A stretch of 64,000 nucleotides of DNA from Octopus vulgaris (lineage: Eukaryota): assembly GCA_951406725.2 (NCBI GenBank), contig OX597823.1:66092001-66156000 (forward strand). Reading direction: 5' to 3'. A program made the position numbers and the translations under genes. Shown piece after piece: positions 54,094 to 64,000 of this stretch. The notes below the pieces were generated by a model that ran no database searches, had not been told where the DNA came from, and was given only the letters and a program-made list of their open reading frames with translations. Each line of letters starts with the position of its first letter. Positions within the stretch are counted from its first letter, which is position 1.

Positions 54094-54645
54094 TGACTGT
54101 GAAGTTATAAGTCTGAATGGATAGGGGAGTAAAGACTGTGTTACAGCTGCTCAATTCGGAGAGTGTGGTATTTTCCAATTGACCAGCAGGTACATTTCAG
54201 CTTTGGCATTCAACGGTGCAGTGGAGTTCGTAGATCTGTAAAGGATCTGTGAACTTGGTATCATGCGTTGAAAATAATTCAGAAATCATTTTATAACACG
54301 TTCGGTGCATTCAAGCTATCTTCAAGCTTTACCTACTTGACATAACAATCTATAACAGGACGCTAGAATATGAAAAAAATACTAGAAAAGGGGATAAGAA
54401 TGTAGATATTAAAGGTGGAAGGTTGAAAATACCCAAAAATGAAATGGTAAAAAGAAAAAGTGAAAAAGGGAAAAAATTGATTTATGTCCCCTTTGACTGA
54501 AAAATAAGTCTGAATAGATAAGGAACTATAGTCTGCGTTACAACTACTCAAGTCGGAGAGTGTGGTATTTTCTTATTTCATGTTTAGAATTCAACAGTGA
54601 GTGCAAACATAGACACAAAGGCACACAAACGTAAACACACACGCG

Positions 54646-54707
<62 letters not shown>

Positions 54708-54719
54708 TATATATGAGTG

Positions 54720-54930
54720 TATTTGTCTTTGTGTCTATGCTTGTCACCACCTCCTCTTGAGAAACGGTGTTAGTGTGTTTACATCCTTATAATGTAGTGG
54801 TTGGTTTGGCAAAAGCGACCAGTAGATAAGTATCAAGTTTAAAAAAAAATTACTTGGGTGGATTTGGTTAAAGAAAATTCTTCAATATGTTGCCTCAGCA
54901 TGGCCGCGGTCTAATGACTGAAAAAAAAGG
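54720..54930 (+). mobile_element. SINE family A, diverged 3' half
   Basis: ggtgttagtgtgtttacatcc..ttggcaaaagcgacc..cagcatggccgcggtctaatgactgaa. Confidence 0.65.
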
Positions 54931-57179
54931 AAAAGGTGAGACATTTACATATTTGCATAATTACTTATGGAAGATGTACCCTCATGAATAACTACTTTCT
55001 TCAGTTTCTGATACGGTCTCACGTTTGTAACAACACAAAAGTCGCGTAGTAGTTATCACACACACACACATACACACACACAGTACACACGCGTGCGAGC
55101 AGATATGCAGGCATACAATGAGTAATTTTCGTCTTCGCGTATTTTCTTACATGTGAACGCAATTTAAGATTTTGTCCTTGTCATACAAAGAATGGATGAA
55201 TAATAAAATCCATATCATGCCGGCTGCAATTAGTACACATGCATTTGTAAAGTGACATGAAACACATCGTCTTTGAAGTCAGCTAAGAGCCTGTAGTCTA
55301 GCATTTGGTTTGCAGATGCTCTTTCATTATAGCCGATTCTACACACGCTCACAAGTATATGTAAAGAGAGAGAAAAACATGCATACGTATATGCATATAT
55401 ACATATATACATAGATGTCTACACACATATATATAAGTACGTTTATATAAATATGTGCGTATATATAATTATATATATGTATATATATGTATGTGTGTGT
55501 ATATATATATACACACATACATATTATACATGTATACATAAATATATACATACATACAAACACATATATATATATTTGTATGTGTGTATATATTTGTATA
55601 GGTATGTATATAACACACATTCATAGGAAAATGGAGTGAGCTGGTGATGTGATTCTTTGTATTTTCTTATATGCATTTCTTGAGAGGAACCTATTTGTAG
55701 AGTAGTTTCATATAGGAATTTCTATTATCATCCGTATTTCTTTGATCTTTGACCGTGGATGCATTGTTACATCCTCATAACTGAAGAGATGATTTTAGAT
55801 GCCTTTGGTCATTGAGCCTTCACAGTATCAGCATCATTGTTGATTTAGGAGCCACATCTTACAACCTGTGTGTTTATAGTGTGTATTCTACTCGTGGGTG
55901 TCAAATTATGACTATGCTAGAAAAGAAAACGATGTATTTAAACGTTCATTCATTTCTAGAGAGTGGTAATATTATCATTATCTCCGCATTATATTTATAT
56001 TATTCAGTATCCTGCAGCCGATATGACGTCGTGCTGTTCATAGACAGTCTGAAAAATCGCTGGTTCGCTTTCCAACAAACAGTACCACAATTTTTATGGC
56101 CATTTCCAACTGATTTGCCTTCGTGCACTTTCCATTCTATATTACCTACCCACCTTAGAATCTGCCTGGAATTGTACATAAAATCAGCAATAGTAGTTTT
56201 TGAACAATTACAACTACACGTCAAGTTACCCTTTCGTGACCTGTGCCTGTTCGTTGCTTCTTGGAATAGAAGTTGCTCATAAGCGTATTTCATCGCAGCG
56301 TGTAATGTCCGAATTCGTAATGAGTTCCAGTCTAAAGATCTTATGATGATGGTGTCATATTCATAAAGTCACTTTTAGATTAGCTTTCACCCTCTGGTTA
56401 ACATATGCACTTTCTTCTTTCTCTGTCGCTACTAAGGCTACAACCATGGCTGTTATTCCTAGCTGGCTTCATGCGAAATCGCCTCAAAATTGTTTTCGCT
56501 TCAACGTGTCTCATCACATTCGTCTTGTCCAAAATTCCTCCAAAATTCCACTGAAGTGTTTTCCACCGGTACGGAATTGCAAAGGTTCAATAGGAATATT
56601 ATTGGGCACTAATCACTCTAGCCTAGGAGGGCCAACATGAGCAACAGACACTGTTCCGTCAGCTAGATACATCAAGTGAAATATATACCATTCTTTGCGT
56701 TCGCTCTCGTAGTCTCTACTGCCTCTTAGACACTTACATCATATATATATATATATTTCTTTCATAGTCCATCTGTCTGCACATGATAACAAAGCATATA
56801 TCACCTATACATAACAAGAAAGTCATATCATAGCACATCTCTACACACGAATAAATTATGTAATATTGCGATACGATTTTAGGCTTAATAATCTCTGGTT
56901 ATCTCAGATAATCTTTCGTGACAACTTCTCATAAATAGCATTACGAAAGGCAACTCTAAAAACTAAAATGAATTCTTGTTCATTACCATAATTTACGTCA
57001 GGCCTGATCAGAATTCTATCCTCCACAGCGTGCAGTATTGCCCATCGTTGATGTAATCGTATCACGTATCTAGTAAAGGACCGCTACGTACACAAACATC
57101 CTAAAATTCATATAAAAGATCCTTCCACTGACTGGCAAGATGTAATTTCCGAAAGGCCTGCGGCTGCTGTTGATACTCC

Positions 57180-57187
57180 TGTTGCTG

Positions 57188-57245
<58 letters not shown>

Positions 57246-57246
57246 C

Positions 57247-57285
<39 letters not shown>

Positions 57286-57391
57286 AATACAAATTGTATA
57301 CAAATAATAATAATACTGCTACAATTGTTTCCGCAACATCATCTACTGATGCTACTACAGCTACTGCTACTATTGCTGCTACTGTACTTTT

Positions 57392-57436
<45 letters not shown>

Positions 57437-57520
57437 AAATAGTACTATAACTACAGCGCTCTGACTGTTGCTGTTACTGCTGTTGGTACTACTATTACCA
57501 CTGCTGCTACTGTTGCTATC
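57180..57520. repeat. Compound (CTA)n/(CTG)n microsatellite
   Basis: Read directly from the sequence. Confidence 0.9.
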
Positions 57521-58009
57521 TCCTGAGCTCAATATTTCTCTTTTCCTTTCTTTGGTCAGCGGTTTAAGCAGAGAGTGATGTTGTTCTACCCATGAAACCC
57601 TAGAGCTGCATAAGAAGTGAGAGGAAATCGGGACAGGAATAACAACACTTCGCTTAACGCGGAATGAAGTAAAGCCTCAAGTCAACGAGCTTTTCTCTGG
57701 TTCGAACAAATTGGTTCTTTTAACACACTCCATATATTCTTGCATTGTAGACTGCCTTCTAAACTCGTCTGCACTCCTCCATCGTACTGCTTACTGTTTC
57801 ATCTTAAGTCAATTCCTGTAGACAGTTGAATTTAAAATAAAATGGTAAAAGTGTATAGCGAGTGCAAAGATAAGAAATGTAGCGTTTATGACAAAGGAAC
57901 AGGAGTATTTTCTAGGGATGCAGTATGCAAGAACAAAATATTGTTTAATAGGATCTATATGTGAAATAAAAATCTGAGATTACTTGACATTCGTAAAACT
58001 GCCTAAGTC

Positions 58010-58140
58010 AATGTTTCTATCCACTCGCTAAGCTTTGATCGGATCGAGGCTTTAATAGAATGCACTTGCTCAAGGTACCTCGCAATGGGACTGAACCCAG
58101 AGATATGTGATTGACAAGCAAGCTTCTTACCACACTGCAA
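58010..58140 (-). mobile_element. SINE family A, diverged 5' half
   Basis: atccactcgc..cacttgctcaaggtacc..gggactgaaccc..cttcttaccacac. Confidence 0.7.
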
Positions 58141-58154
58141 CTATTCTCTTTTTG

Positions 58155-58259
<105 letters not shown>

Positions 58260-58549
58260 TTCAATTTTGCAGCGTGGCTATAATTATAGATTATCGCAAT
58301 AATATATTCTACAGTACTATTGCATTTATTGTTCGTGATGTTGCTATAATGTTTGTTGGAAATCTACCTCGTGGATGTTGTATAGATCGCTAAAAACCTA
58401 GCTACAAGGAAATGTGACTTCAATGGCTTCTGTTGATGGATTTTTCTACTCACCGTACTCAATCGCATTTTTATTTAACTTTCATTTAAAAAAAACTATT
58501 GATGTATTTCTCGAACTGTGAATAATAAAGGCAATAATAGTAGTTATAG

Positions 58550-58611
<62 letters not shown>

Positions 58612-58737
58612 TTACTGCAACTACTACTACTAATGCCACTGCTGGTGCAACAAGAGTTATATTCACCAATAATGATAATAACACTATCGATGATGATAAT
58701 AATAATAACAATAATTATTATTATCATTATTCTGACC

Positions 58738-58932
58738 GGAATGCTGGCAGAATCATTTGCGCCCCGGGCCAAATGCTTAACGGCATTTCACCCGTCCCTA
58801 TGTTCAAATTCCGCCGCTGCCGACTCTGCTTTTCATTCTTTCGGCGTCGATAATCTAAGTACCAGTCAAGCACTGGGTTTGATGTAATAGACTTCAAAAT
58901 TTCAGGCGTTGTGCCTATTGTAGAGAGGGTTT
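58738..58932 (+). mobile_element. SINE family B copy between AAT/ATT tracts
   Basis: gctggcagaatc..ccgggccaaatgctta..ttcaaattccgcc..ttcattctttcggcgtcgataa..agtaccag. Confidence 0.75.
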
Positions 58933-58970
58933 TCATTATTATTATTATCATTATTATTATTATTATTATT

Positions 58971-59003
<33 letters not shown>

Positions 59004-59010
59004 ATCATCA

Positions 59011-59055
<45 letters not shown>

Positions 59056-59209
59056 GTATTATTGTTATTATTATTAATATTATTATTGTTGTTGTTGTTG
59101 TTGCTGCTCTTGTGTTGTTATTATCGTTATTGTATTTCTTCGTAACACAGTATAGGTAAAAATGCAGCGGAGTCTTTAGTCATCCGTCAAGTCATAACAA
59201 GGATCTCAG

Positions 59210-59990
59210 AGAGATAATACTTTCCTTAAGATGCACGCTTAGCCAAATAAGACTGCTTTTTGCAAGACATCAATCTTGCATGGTATTTCCAGTTGCCTTA
59301 AGAAGTGCTCCGATGACTACTGGTATCACTTCTACATTACCCCCTCGCATTCCATACACTCTTGCCATTTCCACTTTCAATTCGGAGTACTTGGTGATGT
59401 TTTCAACTTCTTTACTCACAACATTCATGTCATTTGGTATGGCTACAACAATGATCTGACAGCATTTGTCTCTCTTACTCAATATGACAATATTCCGCCG
59501 ATAGTTTTCTATTACACGATCCGTCTGAAAATCATAGTCCCAGAGTATCGCTACTTTTCCATCCTCCTGCATAACTTTACTTGGTACATGCCCATACCAG
59601 TACTCAGTTACTTCATATTGGTATTCACGGCATAAGATCCAATGAAGATACACACTTTTTATAGTGACGGCTCTCTTATTCCTTTTTGCACATGGCTCTC
59701 ACATCCACTTAACCAAGTGGGTTACATTTTCCACACTCTTTCCACTTTTCCACAGAGTCTGCATTTCTGAGTAGAAGAAGTTTTATAGATGTTATAATTC
59801 ACTGAATTGGTTGCGAGAGTTTGATCTTGTGCTGCAATAATCAGGCTTTCGGTGGTACGCTTCAAATCACCTCACTCAAGCCATGTTTACCATACCGTAT
59901 TCATTTCAAAGTGTCTATGCACTCTCATTTCAAGGTCTTCTTTTCTCTTCTCCAGCCATCATTACATAGTTCATTAGAAATGTGTCTAAA
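59210..59990 (-). mobile_element. R4/Dong-like LINE 3' remnant; an (AAT)n tract lies ~100 bp past its 3' end on the same strand
   Basis: TTESLIIAAQDQ, KCRLCGK..THLV, YLHW, ILWDYDFQTDR, VAIPND, KYSELK, IPVVIGAL. Confidence 0.87.
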
Positions 59991-60327
59991 ACTAGATTAT
60001 TTAATGCATCGTTCTATTATTGGAGAGAAAGTGAGACAGGGAGAGAGAGTTAGATAGTGAGAGAGAGAGAGAGAGAGAGAGGGTGCTATCTGAAAGAGTT
60101 TTTCTCCTTGTGAAGTAGGTGGAGCAGATGGTAGAAACGCTCTCGTTGGTCATCTGTATGAGAGTATATTAGCTCGGTGCCTCTTTTGCTAGATGGAACC
60201 AAGGTTGTTACAAGTTCAAAAGCAAGGACATTGCGTTCGGTGCTATTTATAAATCAAGGAAGTACCAGCAAATGGTATAAAAGAGCAAGGCTTCAGTAGA
60301 TACATATTGACAGAAGCTGTGCAGAGT

Positions 60328-60364
<37 letters not shown>

Positions 60365-61249
60365 AAGGGAACGAGAGAAACGATAATACTAATGTCATAA
60401 TAGGTTATAATACATTATGTTGAGTAAATTTTATAATCCAACTTGATTGTGTAAAATTTTCTGTGAAACATATCTTTGGATGAAGTTCGATTTGCATCAC
60501 ACTATTCTTGTTCGATTTGCAGAGCTTTCTCTGATTGAAGGTAATCATTAATATTACTTTGCAGTACTTTTCTCCGTCATAACATATATACACACATTAA
60601 AATTTCATTGACGTTGTCGTAGACACGGTTAAATGCGGGTTTCATGAAAGAGACTATCAAGATTTCCACTTGCATACTTAAAACTCATCAACTATGATAT
60701 CCATAACACTGAAAATAGAGGATAAGACAGGTCTGGACACATTGATTGGTTCAATCATTTATAAGTTGTTATAAGTGAGAAAATGTTTTAAGAGTTGTCA
60801 GAAAGAGGTTTACTCCAAATAATCGATATTGTATACCACAAGTATATAATATACATATTAGAAATTATTATTATTATTATTAATAGATTACACGAAATGA
60901 TTGGAAGTATCACTAGAAGATCGGGCAAAAAGATCTGCGGTAATTAGTTATTCTATTTCAGTTCTGAGTTTATATCACACTAAGGTTCACTATGACGTTC
61001 TTCTTTCTGTAACTGGTGAAAAATGTACCAGCGTGCTACTGAAGAGAACGTCTGCTTCACAAGACTAAATCATTGTGTGCATTTGTTTTCAAATATCATT
61101 TTAAATTCTCATTGCGTTTGGGGCAAATCTTGTCCTTAAGAACGTTGCAGCGGATCGTTAATGCAATAATTATGCACAACATAGTTCTCTACACAGACGC
61201 GAGTATGGCTGTGTATATAGGCTCAAGCAGGGCAGTGTATAGAGACAAG

Positions 61250-61610
61250 AGTATTATTGCATGGTTAAAAAGCTCACTTTGCATCCGTCTATTTTCGGGT
61301 TCAGCTCCACTGTGCGGCACATTGGGATAGTGTTTTCTACGCATTTAATGTCCTGAGAGCAAATCTGGAAACCAAAATCTCTGTAGATGCCCGGATTCTA
61401 TGTGTGTTTTTGTGTCTTTATTTGCCTCCCTCACAACTGACGTTCGGTATTGCTTTATTTTCGTCCTCGAAACAGACTGGTTCTGCAAAAGAGACTAATA
61501 GACTAAGTGCCAGATTTACAAATAAATAATTGTATCGATCTGTTTGATTAGAACCTTCAAGGCAGATTTCCTAAAATATATGCTGTTTAATGACTGAAAC
61601 ATAAAAAAAG
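61250..61610 (+). mobile_element. SINE family A, old diverged copy
   Basis: gggttcagctccactgtgcggcacattggg..gcaaaagagactaatagactaagt..taatgactgaaaca. Confidence 0.6.
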
Positions 61611-62584
61611 GAATATATTTTTGTTGCCTTGGATATCTTATTTCATTAGAATTAACTGTGAATACAAGTGGAAATCTAGAGAGTTTGTGCCTTAAACACT
61701 AGCACTTAGATGTTCTTCATGTCAGTCAAATTTCACTGTTGAAACCGCATTGCGTAAACACGAGCAACAAGGCGCAGCGTTTGTTTAAAGCACAGTGTTA
61801 GTTTGAAGGCAAAGTGCTCTTAAGTTTTTTTCAAAACTGTCACTAGTTTCCAAATGCGGTGTTAACTTTCTCAGTGAATGTAGATTACAGTACACTATCA
61901 AATTAATTTGCTAAATAAATGCTACATAATGAAGATATATTAGGTCGCATGACGACTCATATCATGACCACATCGAAAATGTAAAATAGTTAGTAATCAT
62001 GTAAAAATAAATGAATTAAAATATTCTTCGGATATTCCATGAATTATAGAAACGTTGCAAGAATTCAACTGAGAAATGTAAAGAGAGATATAATTGTGTT
62101 AAAGATGTTAGACATTGATCATAGAAGGTAAATACAAGAAAACTATTATTTATACACACATTAGTTTACATCGTGATCTACAACGTTTTCATTTTTCTGT
62201 TATCAAACTTCTGCTATTGAATTAGGCTCTATTCAACTAAATATAAAATGAGACCAAAGACTCTTATGAAAGCAATCCAACGTTCTTCCAGTAAGACAGC
62301 TTCCTTTGATCATAATTCTTGTCTTTTTTTTTCTTTTGCTTTGAATTATTATGTCTCAATACTATCAGCACGTCTCCTTGAATCGAAACCTTTCGTATGT
62401 GTTCAAATGATATCTCATATCTACTTCTCAGTAAACACGTATTTATCCAATTTATGAATCTCCTTTTATCTGATTTGTAAGACGAGTCTATAGGCATGAT
62501 TCAACCCATTTGGTTATCTTTATCCCGATATTCAATTCATGTGCATGTACATAGATATTGCATATCAATACATACATACATACA

Positions 62585-62618
<34 letters not shown>

Positions 62619-62721
62619 CATATATATACATATATATACATATATACACACCGACATTCACACAGATATATATCGGCTAATCTGCATATATGTCCCCACA
62701 CAACAAAGATTTGTGTGTGTG

Positions 62722-62755
<34 letters not shown>

Positions 62756-62765
62756 CGCATATATG

Positions 62766-62796
<31 letters not shown>

Positions 62797-62904
62797 GCAT
62801 ATATGTATACATATATATATATATATATATACACTTACGTATATATATATATATATATATATTTATACGCACACATATATATACACACATACATATATAT
62901 ATAT

Positions 62905-62943
<39 letters not shown>

Positions 62944-64000
62944 TACGAATATATATATGCGTGCGTGCGTGCGTGCGCTTTATATATAAGTATTCAAACG
63001 TGTATGCAAGTGTGCGTATCCATGTATGCATGTACGTTATGTATGTTCTTTATGTAAACACTTCTTAATACGTGAACATAATAAGAAAGAGAACTTGTCA
63101 TTGCATTAACTTCTACGAACTTAAAGATTTATAGTTGTAGCTTTCTAGCAAAGCTCACATGATGGTTCTGGTCGGTGTTGGCATGAACACATTGGCGTAT
63201 TTAATGACATTCGCTTTCAAAATTGATATATTTAGCTTGACCTTCTTGTCAAGTGTCACGGAGTGTTGAAAATATCATAAATGAAAAATAGCATAAGAGT
63301 TACCGTCACTTTTATAAATGTTTCCGTACACTCTGCATAAAGTAGGCTGAATGATGCCGCTATTCATTTTCATTCCAACTGTCTTTCGTCTGTAAGAACG
63401 CCTCCCGATGACCATTTATCTTCTAAACGTTTATACAGTGTAAAGAATTAGGCCAACATCTTCGTACATTAAATTAAATTATGTGATGACACTATTACTG
63501 CTCCGTGTCACAGAAACTGTGGGGTAGTGAACATTTTAGTTTAAGAATACTTTCAACTGATTTCCTTTTCATGCAGTTATTAGTAAACATTATTTTCAAT
63601 ATGTTTCTCATTTTCTTTACAGAAAACTAAAACTGCTCTCGTTATTAGATTACGTGTAAACATGAGTTACAAAAAAATGTCATGCAAGGACATTAAATTA
63701 TGTCGAAATTCTAAAAAAAAAAAGATATTTAAACTTTTCATTATTATTAGTTTCTGCTTGCAAATCTGAGGCAGGCTTTATTATTAAAGTTTCAAGAAGA
63801 CAACCATTAGAGATGAATAAATCCCATGATTTACAATAACGTTCGCCTTTGGGACTCGCGTCTTTGCTTTCTAGCATACACAGAGGAAAACTGTTCCACT
63901 GTGTTTATTTCTATATCGTTGGGTGCTATCCTTTGAAAGTTGTAATTCAAGTCTAACAATTTTATGCTCTGACATTATTTTAACGTTTATAAAAAGAAAG

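Noticed and set aside
55700-56650. 156 aa and 97 aa ORFs, possibly a piggyBac-like relic
   Set aside because: Only vague motif resemblance; cannot be supported without a search.

Overview
AT-rich, microsatellite-dense animal DNA with no recognisable intact host gene. The repeat families suggest a cephalopod, probably Octopus (inference). Most ORFs in the supplied track are translations of (TA)n/(CA)n/(AGAT)n/(AAT)n tracts. The window holds three tRNA-derived SINE families, decayed CR1-like and R4/Dong-like LINEs, several Tc1/mariner remnants and one TIR-to-TIR Tc1 (DD34E) element at 33241-34916. The most notable signal is about a dozen minimal type I hammerhead-ribozyme (HHR) motifs on both strands: C(U/C)GANGA, stem II, GAAA, a short and mostly palindromic stem III, then NUH. 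They sit in short, mostly unrelated inserts, most in or next to (TA)n tracts. Several inserts are long inverted repeats with a one-sided tail (36.6, 38.2, 41.0, 46.7 and 49.1 kb). This matches the terminal repeats (pLTRs) of Penelope-like retroelements or retrozyme-like derivatives. All calls were made by eye and none was database-checked.
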